Shown: one piece after another, positions 1-9,386 of the stretch
Numbering within the stretch: position 1 is the first letter of the stretch
How the letters are laid out: every line of letters begins with the position of its first letter
Assembly: GCA_965216785.1 (NCBI GenBank)
Contig: OZ244197.1
Span: forward strand, 2,304,001-2,368,000
From: Thermodesulfobacteriota bacterium
Lineage (GTDB): Bacteria > Desulfobacterota_D > UBA1144 > Nemesobacterales > UBA2774
DNA length: 64,000 bases
Reading direction: 5' to 3'
Made by a program: the position numbers and the translations under genes
Notes under the pieces: generated by a model
Seen by the model: only the letters and a program-made list of their open reading frames with translations
Told to the model about the DNA's origin: nothing
Database searches by the model: none

Positions 1-366
1 CCCTCTGAAATAGACATCACACTCGGCATCCCCTCCGTCGTTTCAGAAGACCTGGAGCTTGCGAGAGCAGCTGGGAAAAAAGGGTTCTCACCCTATCTCA
101 ACTTCCCGTTCTATCAAAGGCTCATGATAAATAACGGGTTCGAAGACGAAATCGCTAAGATCCGCGCCGGTGAAAAACCGGGCGATGTATTCACGGACGA
201 AATGCTCGACTCTGTCGCACTCATCGGTCCGCCAGAGCGCTGCCGTGAAAGACTAGAGGCCTACAGGGAAGCGGGCGTAGACCTGCCGATCATCGTTCCC
301 AGCCCGGCGGGTAAGCAGGGCAACGTAGAGGTCATGCAGAACACCGTCGCGGCCTACTCCGGGTAG
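1..366 (+). CDS. LLM-class flavin/F420-dependent oxidoreductase, C-terminal part (5' end outside window)
   Basis: Frame is open from base 1 (PSEIDITLGIPSVVSED...). C-terminus 'LIGPPERCRERLEAYREAGVDLPII' is typical of luciferase-like monooxygenases. Confidence 0.75.
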   Translation, partial: PSEIDITLGIPSVVSEDLELARAAGKKGFSPYLNFPFYQRLMINNGFEDEIAKIRAGEKPGDVFTDEMLDSVALIGPPERCRERLEAYREAGVDLPIIVPSPAGKQGNVEVMQNTVAAYSG

Positions 367-391
367 CTCTAAACTTCATTCTACAATATCT

Positions 392-427
392 GCCGTCCGT
401 ACGGGGATTGTCCAAGTGCGGACGGCG
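392..427. other. Intergenic stem-loop
   Basis: GCCGTCCGTAC ... GTGCGGACGGC inverted repeat between two + strand genes; no U-tract. Confidence 0.45.
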
Positions 428-462
428 TAAGTCGAATTTCTTTCCCGGAGGATATTACACTC

Positions 463-1884
463 ATGAAAATGGTCACCCTCGAAGGCTCGGAAAAAGATAT
501 AGGAAACACTCAAATAAGTAATTTCAGAGACAGCATAGCCGGTGAAGCCCTCTTGGACGGTGACCCGGGCTACGACGAAGCCCGGGTAATTTTCAACGGC
601 ATGTTCGATATAAAGCCCGCCATCATCGTTCGACCTGTTTCTGTCAATGATGTTATAAAAACAGTAAACTTTGCGCGCAGCAATAATATACTCCTCGCGG
701 TTAAAGGAGGGGGGCACAGTGTAGCGGGCAAGTGTCTTTGCGAGGGCGGTATTACGCTTGACATGAGGCCTATGAATGAAGTGATTGTTGATCCGGCTTC
801 TATGACCGCGTCCGTAGGACCCGGCACGCTTCTGGGTGAGCTTGACAGCGCTACGCAAGCACACGGGCTTGCGGTACCAGCTGGCATCGTTTCAGATACG
901 GGAGTCGCGGGGCTCACACTTGGCGGCGGCTTTGGATGGCTGAAAGGCAAATACGGGCTCAGCATAGACAATCTACAATCGGTAGATATAGTAACGGCAG
1001 ACGGTGAGTATCTTAAAGCAAGCCAGAGTGAGAACGAGGACCTCTTTTGGGCGGTACGTGGAGGGAGCGGTAATTTCGGCGTCGTCACAAATTTTGAATT
1101 CCGCACTCACCAGGTAGGGCCAGAGCTTATGTTCACCGCTCCTTTGTACCCGATTGAGAACGCCAAGTCGGTAATAAATTTCTGGATTGAGTTTATGAAC
1201 TCTTCGCCCGACGAATATACGTCTATGCTTTTTTTGATGAACGTGCCAGAGGCGGATGCCTTCCCTAAAGAACTTCAGGGAAGGGCTGCGGTCATGATCC
1301 CTGGCGTACACTGCGGAACAGTCGAAGAAGGGGAACGCTTCGTACAACCTCTGAGGGAGCTAGACGACCTGTTGCTGGATTTGAGCGGACCGAAAAAGTA
1401 TACGGAGATACAGTCCTTCTTTGATCTGCCTGTACCGCAAGGCTCATTCAGCTGCTACTTCACTTCCCTTTATTTAAATAAATTCGATCAGGAAATGACG
1501 GATTTACTTCTTGATATATTCAAAAATCGTCCGACAAAAATGATCCCTTACATCATTCAGGACCTAAGGGGCCAGAACATGAGAGTCCCCTCAGGCGCAA
1601 CAGCTTTCGGTGACAGGAGCGCTCCCTATAACCTTGAAATCAATTCAGCTTGGACCGATCCGGATGAGTCTGAAAGCATGATCGCATGGACAAGGGAAGC
1701 CATGAATAAGTTCAGGCCGTATTCCCCGGGCAGAAGTTATCTAAATCATACGGGATTAAACGAAGAGGGAGAGGCTATGGTAAAGCGAACTTACGGCTCA
1801 AACTATGAGCGCCTGAGGCAAATTAAGAAAAAATACGACCCCGGTAACCTCTTTCGCATCAACCAGAACATCACCCCTGCGTAA
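463..1884 (+). CDS. FAD-binding oxidoreductase, berberine-bridge-enzyme/6-HDNO family
   Basis: 'KGGGHS' FAD-attachment motif, 'GVAGLTLGGG', 'LFWAVRGGSGNFGVVT', BBE C-terminus 'KKKYDPGNLF'; GGAGG RBS. Confidence 0.9.
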   Translation: MKMVTLEGSEKDIGNTQISNFRDSIAGEALLDGDPGYDEARVIFNGMFDIKPAIIVRPVSVNDVIKTVNFARSNNILLAVKGGGHSVAGKCLCEGGITLDMRPMNEVIVDPASMTASVGPGTLLGELDSATQAHGLAVPAGIVSDTGVAGLTLGGGFGWLKGKYGLSIDNLQSVDIVTADGEYLKASQSENEDLFWAVRGGSGNFGVVTNFEFRTHQVGPELMFTAPLYPIENAKSVINFWIEFMNSSPDEYTSMLFLMNVPEADAFPKELQGRAAVMIPGVHCGTVEEGERFVQPLRELDDLLLDLSGPKKYTEIQSFFDLPVPQGSFSCYFTSLYLNKFDQEMTDLLLDIFKNRPTKMIPYIIQDLRGQNMRVPSGATAFGDRSAPYNLEINSAWTDPDESESMIAWTREAMNKFRPYSPGRSYLNHTGLNEEGEAMVKRTYGSNYERLRQIKKKYDPGNLFRINQNITPA

Positions 1885-1931
1885 ATCTCGTGCGATCAGT
1901 GATTTTTACCCGGGTTAAGACAAATCCGGAT

Positions 1932-3647
1932 TCACCCTTTCTGCTTCACTCGAAGCGTCCTCAGCCTGTTTATTGCGGCGGCAAGCTCAATCCTCCTAAA
2001 CTCCGCGTAGTTCCCGGTGACTTTGCTCTTTAGCACATCGAGCCCGTTCCTCGCTATATCCATCATTACAAGGCTTGTGATCTCCCTTAGAGACTTCACC
2101 CCGTCCATGTAGCGCTTCGCGTACACTATGGCGTCCCCGATGGCGTTTGTCTGGCTCTTGTCCACTATCTGCTCGATCGCCCCAAGGTCTATGGTGTTTT
2201 TCCCGAGTTTAATCGAATGAAGGCCCTTGGGCGATACCTTTACCTTCCTTTTTCCTTTCGCCGCGTTAACGCTTTCCCTGATCGGTATCCTCTCCGTAAG
2301 TACCCCGAAATAATCCCCTCCCTCCCTCACGCGCTCGGTTACGAGCCTGCCGGCAATCTCCTTAGCCTCCTCCGTAACCTCCTGGGGTACATACCCGGTC
2401 ATCCTTATCACCCTGTCGGCGACGTCGAAATAATCCCCCGAGCCGCCGACAACCAGCACGGTCGATACCCGGTGCTCTGTGAAGAGGCTCCTGACTTTAT
2501 CGATAAAAGGGTTAATGGGCTCGTTTTGCTTAGATACGAGCTCCTGCATCCTGTGATCTCTTATCATAAAATTCGTAGCGGTAGTATCCTCATCTATCAG
2601 CAGGGCGTCGGCTCCTACCTCCAGCGCTTCCAGTATGTTCGCGGCCTGAGACGTGCTTCCGCTCGCGTCCTCGGTGCAAAAGCTTTCGGTCTCTTTGCCG
2701 AATGGGAGCTCGGATATAAAGGGCTTAATGTTTACGTTCTCGACCCTCCTGCCGTCCTCGGCTCTTATCTTCACCGCGTTGGGGTTGGTGACGACAAACT
2801 CTCTTCCGTCCCCCGGCACGTGGTTATACACTCCCCGCTCGATCGCCCGCAAAAGAGTCGATTTCCCGTGGAACCCGCCGCCTGTTATCAGGGTCACGCC
2901 TTTGGGTATCCCCATCCCGCTAATCATCCCCAGGTTCGGCAGGTAAAGGTCTTCCCTGAGCTCGGCGGGACTCTCAAACAGTACGGCCTCTTCCTCGGAC
3001 AGAGGCGTCTCGTCCACTCCGCTTGCTCTTGGCAGCAGGCTCTTGTCGGCGATGAAAGCAATGAGTCCCAGGTTCTCGAGCTCACTCCTTATGAAGTCCG
3101 CGTCCTCAGCGCAGTGTAAATGCTCAAGCAAACCCGCTTCGTCAAGGTTCTCGTACTTGAGCGACAGGTTCACGATTTTCGGCAGCTCGTCGAATAGCAT
3201 CGCTTCCGCGTGCTTTGCCGCGATCGACCTGCCTCTTGCGGGCAGCCCCGCAGTGAACCTTGCCTCGACATACAAGTGCGTTATTACAACGGATGAGCGC
3301 TCCAGTATCTCCTGCCCCGGAGCGTCTATACTTATTCTCCCGCTCCCGCCGCTCCCGCGGTTACCCAGAGAGAAGAGCTTAGTGTTTTCATCGAACTTTC
3401 TCGTCAAGTAATCCCTAAGCGCAACCTCACGGCTTTTATTGGAATGGGCGTCCCGAGGAAAGCCCGCTTTATCTGTATACACCCTCACCCGCAGCCTGCT
3501 CGGCGAATCGAAAGGGTCGCGCTGCACCCTGTCTATAAATAGCGCGTAATCCCCGAAATCATATTCACCTAAAAGGCTCTTATAGGTTTTGTATCCGGTC
3601 CCGTCTATTCGGTTTAAATTTTCTCTAAGCTCTTGTTCCGTTAGCAC
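1932..3647 (-). CDS. ABC-class ATPase domain-containing protein (ABC_ATPase/PF09818-like)
   Basis: Walker A 'GGGFHGKST', 'HVPGDGRE', 'ASGSTSQAA', Walker B 'LLIDEDT', and family N-terminus 'IDGTGYKTYK'. Confidence 0.85.
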   Translation of the reverse strand: MLTEQELRENLNRIDGTGYKTYKSLLGEYDFGDYALFIDRVQRDPFDSPSRLRVRVYTDKAGFPRDAHSNKSREVALRDYLTRKFDENTKLFSLGNRGSGGSGRISIDAPGQEILERSSVVITHLYVEARFTAGLPARGRSIAAKHAEAMLFDELPKIVNLSLKYENLDEAGLLEHLHCAEDADFIRSELENLGLIAFIADKSLLPRASGVDETPLSEEEAVLFESPAELREDLYLPNLGMISGMGIPKGVTLITGGGFHGKSTLLRAIERGVYNHVPGDGREFVVTNPNAVKIRAEDGRRVENVNIKPFISELPFGKETESFCTEDASGSTSQAANILEALEVGADALLIDEDTTATNFMIRDHRMQELVSKQNEPINPFIDKVRSLFTEHRVSTVLVVGGSGDYFDVADRVIRMTGYVPQEVTEEAKEIAGRLVTERVREGGDYFGVLTERIPIRESVNAAKGKRKVKVSPKGLHSIKLGKNTIDLGAIEQIVDKSQTNAIGDAIVYAKRYMDGVKSLREITSLVMMDIARNGLDVLKSKVTGNYAEFRRIELAAAINRLRTLRVKQKG

Positions 3648-3760
3648 TTATCAGACCCTGCTGGAATGATTCTTCATCAATTTTCGCTTCAATAACTGTA
3701 GTGTTCTCCGCAAATAATAGATAAATATGATCTGTATGTCTACATATATAGCCGCATAAT

Positions 3761-4540
3761 TTATTTAGCTGTGTGTCCGAGGTCAATGGCTATGGTAGTC
3801 CCTGTAATATTTTTTGCCGTCTCAGCCATGAGATAGACGCATAGGTCGGCTACTTCCTCAGGCTCAAGCAGCCTTTTCACGGGGGTATCGGCGAGAATGA
3901 CTTTCTCTATAACCTCTTCCCTTTCGATACCGTGCGCACGGGCCTGGTCGTCGAGCTGCTTTTCCACGAGCGGTGTTCTAACGAAGCTCGGGCATACCGC
4001 ATTCACGGTAATATTATGCTCCGCGCACTCAAGCGCCGCGGCCTTAGTAAGCCCGATAAGACCGTGCTTTGCGGTTACGTACGCGGCCTTGTATTTTACG
4101 CCTGTAAGCCCGTAAATTGACGACATGTTTATGATCCTGCCCCCGCCCCGTTTTATCATATGCGGGATTGCGTACTTAGTGCAGTAAAAAGCGCCCGACA
4201 GCATAACGCCAAGTAAATGCTCCCAGCGCTCCTCGGGGAACTCTGTAAGCGGAGCCACATGCTGGAGCCCGGCGTTGTTTACGAGTATATCTACGCCGCC
4301 GAGCTCTCCCGCGGCAGCCTCAATGAGGCTCTTGCAATCGCCGGCGTCCGATACGTCTCCTTTTATAAATACAAAATCGCCCCTTAAGTCGCTTAGTCTA
4401 GATAATTCAACGCGCGCGCCCTCTTCGTCTAAGTCGTTTACCACAACCCTTGCCCCTTCATCGAGTAGCCTTTTCACAACCGAAAGCCCGATACCGCTTC
4501 CCCCTCCCGTTACCACCGCGACCTTATTATTTAGACTCAT
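3761..4540 (-). CDS. bdhA: 3-hydroxybutyrate dehydrogenase (SDR)
   Basis: TGGGSGIG, NNAGLQHVAP, YVTAKHGLIGLTK, 'VRTPLVEKQ' match the HBDH subfamily. Confidence 0.8.
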   Translation of the reverse strand: MSLNNKVAVVTGGGSGIGLSVVKRLLDEGARVVVNDLDEEGARVELSRLSDLRGDFVFIKGDVSDAGDCKSLIEAAAGELGGVDILVNNAGLQHVAPLTEFPEERWEHLLGVMLSGAFYCTKYAIPHMIKRGGGRIINMSSIYGLTGVKYKAAYVTAKHGLIGLTKAAALECAEHNITVNAVCPSFVRTPLVEKQLDDQARAHGIEREEVIEKVILADTPVKRLLEPEEVADLCVYLMAETAKNITGTTIAIDLGHTAK

Positions 4541-4727
4541 TTTCAGGTTCTACCTCCATATTTTTGCTTAATACCGGGCTCTCCGTTCCTGCCGGCATTT
4601 TGAATTATTATAAAGAGTTTTACATTAAAAGGTGGCATTAAGGCCGTAAATATAGTAAAGTGGTTGGTTAGAGAGGGAATCATAATCCTCTCACACATAT
4701 AAACACGCTAGAGGAGGTATAGGTTAT

Positions 4728-5021
4728 ATGTCGATATTTGGCAGATTTTTCATGTTTTTATTCGTAGGAGCTTTCGCTCTTGCGCTCGTTGCTTGTCCCC
4801 CTGCAGGGCAGGAGCCGGCAGGTGATGAAGAGGTGGTCGTTGAGGAAGTAGAGGAAGCACCAGCAGAGGTTGAAGAAGAGGTAGAGGCAGTGGTTGAGGA
4901 AGCCCCGGCGGACGATGCTGCTGACACAGCAGACGACGGCGGTGACGCGGCTGCTACGGACGATGCCGGTGACGACGGTGATGCCGGTGACGATGCCGGA
5001 GACGGTTCGGACACCCATTAA
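4728..5021 (+). CDS. Small, highly acidic low-complexity lipoprotein
   Basis: GAGGAGG RBS, hydrophobic signal ending LVAC (lipobox), then an E/D/A/G-rich tail; terminator downstream. Confidence 0.7.
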   Translation: MSIFGRFFMFLFVGAFALALVACPPAGQEPAGDEEVVVEEVEEAPAEVEEEVEAVVEEAPADDAADTADDGGDAAATDDAGDDGDAGDDAGDGSDTH

Positions 5022-5083
5022 TATTGCTATACGGTTTCCCTCCAGGGACCCGTAATACGCAATTTAAATCTGAACATAAAATT

Positions 5084-5121
5084 AAGAGCGGGCAAGCTAG
5101 TATTCGTCCGCTCTTTTTTTT
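5084..5121 (+). terminator. Rho-independent terminator
   Basis: AAGAGCGG ... CCGCTCTT stem followed by a T-run. Confidence 0.75.
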
Positions 5122-5123
5122 CT

Positions 5124-5268
5124 GTCATTGCGGGTCCGGCTGTGTACGGCGGCGTAATTATCTTGTCGCGACGAAGCCCTGGCGAAGACTGAAACGAAGC
5201 CGGGATGCTATCTCTTGCCACAGAGCTGCAAAGCTCCCCGTTCCTCATTCCCGCGCGGGCGGGAATCC
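5124..5268. repeat. REP/RPE-like palindromic elements (GTCATTGCG...GCTATCTC and ATTCCC-N8-GGGAAT)
   Basis: GTCATTGCG at 5124 and GCTATCTC near 5207; dRS3-like ATTCCC GCGCGGGC GGGAAT at 5247-5266; a related copy lies at 27908. Confidence 0.55.
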
Positions 5269-5377
5269 CTTTATTCCCCTTTTTTAATTTTTGTTTACCA
5301 TGTGACATATGCTCAACTTCATGATAAATACATGTCTAGGTTTAACTAAACCGATTCTTAATAAAACGGGGGATGCC

Positions 5378-7006
5378 ATGACAAGAAGACACTCTATTAA
5401 AAAGGGGTTAGTGTTAATAACGCTTATTATATTTACTTTGCTCTCATCTTACGGGGGGTGCAAGTCCTCAAACGGAAATAACGAGCCCGATACTACGACA
5501 CCTATTAAGCACCTTGTGGTTATCTATATGGAGAACGCGTCGTTCGACCTCATATTCGGCACATACCCCGATGCGTTAAACCCTCCCGACGAACCGGAGT
5601 TTATTCCCCGCACGGGAACGTCGAGCGTAAATAATTTAAACGGTGTTTTGCTAACAGATAACCCTAACGAGACAAACCCGTTTAGAATCAAAAGGACAGA
5701 TTCCTATACCTGTGACCAGGACCATAATTACCTCCGCGAGCAGCAGGCCCGTAACGGCGGTCTAATGAACCAGTTCGTAAGGTTCGACGCCGAGCCGCCT
5801 TTTAACTCAAGGCAGTTCTGCAGCCAAAACGAGGCCGGACACTGGGACACGGTAATGGGCTATTTTGACGGAAACACCGTAACAGCGCTTTGGAACTACG
5901 CTCAATACTATGCGATGAGCGACAATTTCTTCGGCACAACATCCGGGCAATCTACCAGGGGCCACCTTAACCTCGTAGCCGCCGACGTATACAGCGTCGT
6001 ATGCGGAAAACAAAAAGACGTCATCGGCCCCGATATTCCAGAGTGCGGGGGCATCGCCGACTCTACGGACATACCCGCCCCCACGAACGGTAATATGGCC
6101 ACGTACAATAAGGATATTGACCCCTACTGGGACGTTTGTTCGCCCGACAGCGGGGACGAGACTGTGGCCATGGGCGACAGGCCCACTATCGGTGATTTAC
6201 TAAGAGAAGCCGGGATCACGTGGGGATGGTTCCAGGGCGGGTTCACGGTAGACTCAGAGGGCAAGTGCACTTCGAGCAGCCCTCTTGTGGCGTTTGATCT
6301 TGCCACAGGGGTAGACCCCGAGACCGATCCGCTCAGGATACCTGACTACTTTCCTCACCATAACCCGTTTCAATACTTCCGCTCGACGGCAAACCCAAAA
6401 CACCTGCCCCCGAGCTCCGTCGGCATGATCGGGCGCACCGATCAGGCAAACCACCTCTATGACATTTCAGATCTTTGGGACGCAGCCGAGGCTGAAAACC
6501 TTCCCTCCGTGGTTTTCATAAAACCTCCCGGATACCAGGACGGGCACCCTGGCAACTCCAACCCTCTGGACGCGCAGGTGTTTATAGTAGAGACCGTGAA
6601 TAAGCTCATGGCTCTTCCTGAATGGGAAGACATGGCCGTCTTCATTGCCTGGGACGACTCGGACGGGTGGTATGATCACGTGATGCCGCCCATAATTAAT
6701 AAGTCCGCGACGGATAAAGACTTCCAGTGCGGAGAAGAGTCAGACGGCCCCGGCGGGCGCTGCGCTTACGGCCCACGTTTGCCGTTCATCGTCATATCCC
6801 CCTACGCAAAGGAGAACTTTGTCTCGAGCTCGCTTAAAGACCAGACCTCGATTACGCGCTTTATCGAGGACAACTGGCTCGGCGGGCAGCGCCTGACGGA
6901 TATATCTTTTGACAATAAGGCCAATTCACTTTTGGACATGTTCGATTTTTCAGAGCGAAGGACAGACAAGCTCTTTCTCGACCCGCTTACCGGACAGCCG
7001 GAGTAA
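5378..7006 (+). CDS. Phosphoesterase (AcpA acid phosphatase/phospholipase C family), probable lipoprotein
   Basis: 'IKHLVVIYMENASFD', 'SDNFF', 'DGHPG', 'WDDSDGWYDHV', 'GPRLPFIVISPYAK'; signal peptide with Cys. Start moved to the ATG after GGGGG. Confidence 0.85.
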   Translation: MTRRHSIKKGLVLITLIIFTLLSSYGGCKSSNGNNEPDTTTPIKHLVVIYMENASFDLIFGTYPDALNPPDEPEFIPRTGTSSVNNLNGVLLTDNPNETNPFRIKRTDSYTCDQDHNYLREQQARNGGLMNQFVRFDAEPPFNSRQFCSQNEAGHWDTVMGYFDGNTVTALWNYAQYYAMSDNFFGTTSGQSTRGHLNLVAADVYSVVCGKQKDVIGPDIPECGGIADSTDIPAPTNGNMATYNKDIDPYWDVCSPDSGDETVAMGDRPTIGDLLREAGITWGWFQGGFTVDSEGKCTSSSPLVAFDLATGVDPETDPLRIPDYFPHHNPFQYFRSTANPKHLPPSSVGMIGRTDQANHLYDISDLWDAAEAENLPSVVFIKPPGYQDGHPGNSNPLDAQVFIVETVNKLMALPEWEDMAVFIAWDDSDGWYDHVMPPIINKSATDKDFQCGEESDGPGGRCAYGPRLPFIVISPYAKENFVSSSLKDQTSITRFIEDNWLGGQRLTDISFDNKANSLLDMFDFSERRTDKLFLDPLTGQPE

Positions 7007-7071
7007 TTATATTGTAGTACTGCACGACTGCATCTTGTGCGAGGGCTTCTTCAAAGATAAACTACGTCACT

Positions 7072-7296
7072 GTGAAATCATTTGAGAAAGCAATGGAAGA
7101 GCTAAGGGAGATAATAGATAAACTAGAGAGCGGCAACCTGCCTCTCGAGGACTCTATCAAGCTCTTTCAAAAAGGCACAAAGCTGATCTCCTACTCCCAC
7201 AAAAAACTTAACGAAATCGAAAAAAAGGTCGAAATACTCATAAAAGACTCAGAAGATGATTTAAAGCTTGAGGATTTCGAGCCTGAAGAAGACTGA
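7072..7296 (+). CDS. xseB: Exodeoxyribonuclease VII small subunit
   Basis: 'SFEKAMEELREIIDKLESGNLPLEDSIKLFQKG'; lies upstream of ispA. Confidence 0.92.
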   Translation: MKSFEKAMEELREIIDKLESGNLPLEDSIKLFQKGTKLISYSHKKLNEIEKKVEILIKDSEDDLKLEDFEPEED

Positions 7297-7297
7297 C

Positions 7298-8206
7298 ATG
7301 CCGTTTGATCTGGACACTTACCTAAGCGATAAAAAAAAGCTGGTAGAAGATAAGCTGAACACCTTGCTCAGGAGCCCGGACGCGCCGCTCGGAAATCTTG
7401 AAGAGTCCATACGCTACAGCGCGCTCGCGGGCGGGAAGAGGCTAAGGCCCATACTGGTCATAGCCGCGTGCGAAGCTGTCGGAGGAAGTGCCGGCAAGGT
7501 GCTGCCGATCGCATGCGCCATAGAGATGATCCATACCTACTCTCTTGTTCATGACGATCTCCCCTCTATGGACGACGACGCGCTCCGACGGGGCGTGCCG
7601 ACAAACCACACTATTTTCGGTGAGGCTGCAGCGATACTCGCAGGCGACGCACTGCTTACGGATGCTTTTCACGTAATTGTTAGTGAAGGGCTTTCTTCGG
7701 GCACAGACCCTGCGCTCCTGTGCGAAGTTATCCGCGATATATCTCAAGCGGCGGGCTCACGGGGAATGATAAGGGGTCAGGCAATCGATCTTCAGATCGA
7801 GACGCTCTCTGAGGGAAAGGGCGGCATTTCTCTCCAAGATATAGAGCGCATGCATTCACTCAAAACCGGCGCTCTCCTGGAAGTCTCAGTTACGACAGGG
7901 GCAAAAATCGGAGACGCCGATAAGAAACAGCTCGAGCAGCTAGCGCTTTACGGCCGCTCCATAGGGCTTGCGTTTCAGATTGTCGATGATGTTCTGGATG
8001 TAGTGGGCGGAGGCGATATGGGCAAGGAGACGGGGAACGACGCTAGGAATGATAAATCTACATACGCCCAGATCGCGGGGATCGAGGGTTCTAAGAAAAG
8101 GGCTTCAGAACTTACGCAATCCGCCGTGGACGCTCTTAGGGGATTTGGCGAATCGGCGGAGCCTTTAAAAGAAATAGCTCTTTATCTTGGCTGCAGAAAA
8201 TTCTGA
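7298..8206 (+). CDS. ispA: Farnesyl/geranylgeranyl diphosphate synthase
   Basis: GGKRLRP, 'HTYSLVHDDLPSMDDDALRRG', KTGAL, 'FQIVDDVLD'. Confidence 0.92.
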   Translation: MPFDLDTYLSDKKKLVEDKLNTLLRSPDAPLGNLEESIRYSALAGGKRLRPILVIAACEAVGGSAGKVLPIACAIEMIHTYSLVHDDLPSMDDDALRRGVPTNHTIFGEAAAILAGDALLTDAFHVIVSEGLSSGTDPALLCEVIRDISQAAGSRGMIRGQAIDLQIETLSEGKGGISLQDIERMHSLKTGALLEVSVTTGAKIGDADKKQLEQLALYGRSIGLAFQIVDDVLDVVGGGDMGKETGNDARNDKSTYAQIAGIEGSKKRASELTQSAVDALRGFGESAEPLKEIALYLGCRKF

Positions 8207-8216
8207 CTCAATACCC

Positions 8217-8969
8217 ATGCCGGCACAAAAATCCAAAACCAGACTGGACACGCTCCTTGTTGAAAGGGAGCTCGCGCCAACAAGAGCGAAGGCGCGCTCG
8301 CTCATAATGCGGGGGGCCGTGTACGTGGACGGCGAGAGGGTCGATAAAGCGGGTGCGCTCGTTAAGGCAAGCTCCGAAGTCACAGTAAAGGATTCTTCTC
8401 AGAAATACGTAAGCCGCGGAGGCTATAAGCTCGAAGGGGCGCTTTCAGAGTTCGGAATCGACGTCTCAGGCTCTGTCGCCCTTGACGTCGGAGCCTCAAC
8501 AGGAGGGTTTACCGACTGCCTGCTCCAGCGCGGGGTGGCCAGGGTATACGCCGTTGACGTTGGGTACGGCCAGCTTGACTGGAAGCTCAGAAACGATGAG
8601 CGGGTCGCGGTCATAGAAAAACTGAACGCCCGCTATTTAATGCCTGAAGATATTGGAGAGAAGGTGGATATCGCGGTAATAGACGTCTCTTTTATTTCTC
8701 TTACTATGGTTATCCCTCCTCTAAAAAACGTGCTAAAACCCAGGGGGAGGCTGGTCGCTCTCATAAAGCCCCAGTTCGAAGTCGGAAAAGGCCAGGTAGG
8801 CAAGGGCGGTATAGTCAGAGACGAGGCCAAGCATCAGGAGGTTATAGAGAAAATAAGCTCTTTTCTAAACGGTCTCGGGTTCACAGTCACGGGCGTTATA
8901 CCGTCTCCCATCCTCGGCGCCCAGGGTAATAAAGAATTCCTCATCTCAGCGGTGTTAAAGGAAAGTTAG
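8217..8969 (+). CDS. tlyA: TlyA family rRNA 2'-O-methyltransferase
   Basis: S4 domain, 'YVSRGGYKL', 'DVGASTGGFTDCLLQRG', 'LIKPQFE', 'SPILGAQGNKEF'. Confidence 0.93.
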   Translation: MPAQKSKTRLDTLLVERELAPTRAKARSLIMRGAVYVDGERVDKAGALVKASSEVTVKDSSQKYVSRGGYKLEGALSEFGIDVSGSVALDVGASTGGFTDCLLQRGVARVYAVDVGYGQLDWKLRNDERVAVIEKLNARYLMPEDIGEKVDIAVIDVSFISLTMVIPPLKNVLKPRGRLVALIKPQFEVGKGQVGKGGIVRDEAKHQEVIEKISSFLNGLGFTVTGVIPSPILGAQGNKEFLISAVLKES

Positions 8970-9104
8970 GGCCTATAATTACAAGGGAGCAGAGCGAGTG
9001 CCGAATTCTATACATAATCTTGCAGCTTGGTTCATTATGTTTATTTGACAAACCCGGCATTATCAGCACAATATACCGGATAATTTCAGGAGGCAATACA
9101 TTAT

Positions 9105-9374
9105 ATGGCTTTAAGAATAAAATCAGGTCTAAAAAGAAAACGCCAGAACGTAAAGAGACGCGCGCGCAATATGGACATTAAGTCAGATCTCAAGACTCAG
9201 CTCAAGAAGTTTGATGCGGCTCTGGAATCAAACGATCCGGCACAGACCGCGCAGACTCTTAAAGAAACGGAATCAAAGCTCAAAAAGGCAAGCTCAAAAG
9301 GCGTACTGCACAAAAAGACGGCTTCAAGAAAAGTATCCCGTCTGGCAAAAAGGGCCTCACAGGCTTCCAAGTAA
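9105..9374 (+). CDS. rpsT: 30S ribosomal protein S20
   Basis: Basic protein with 'KGVLHKKTASRKVSRL'; AGGAGG RBS; TTGACA at 9045. Confidence 0.95.
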   Translation: MALRIKSGLKRKRQNVKRRARNMDIKSDLKTQLKKFDAALESNDPAQTAQTLKETESKLKKASSKGVLHKKTASRKVSRLAKRASQASK

Positions 9375-9386
9375 CGACTAACCCTT

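Noticed and set aside
2217-3119. Long antisense ORFs (also 56309-57292, 63342-63947, 570-1106)
   Set aside because: They shadow well-supported genes on the opposite strand and have no motifs or RBS.
8217-8969. TlyA as a haemolysin/virulence factor
   Set aside because: Housekeeping context; the rRNA methyltransferase role is sufficient.
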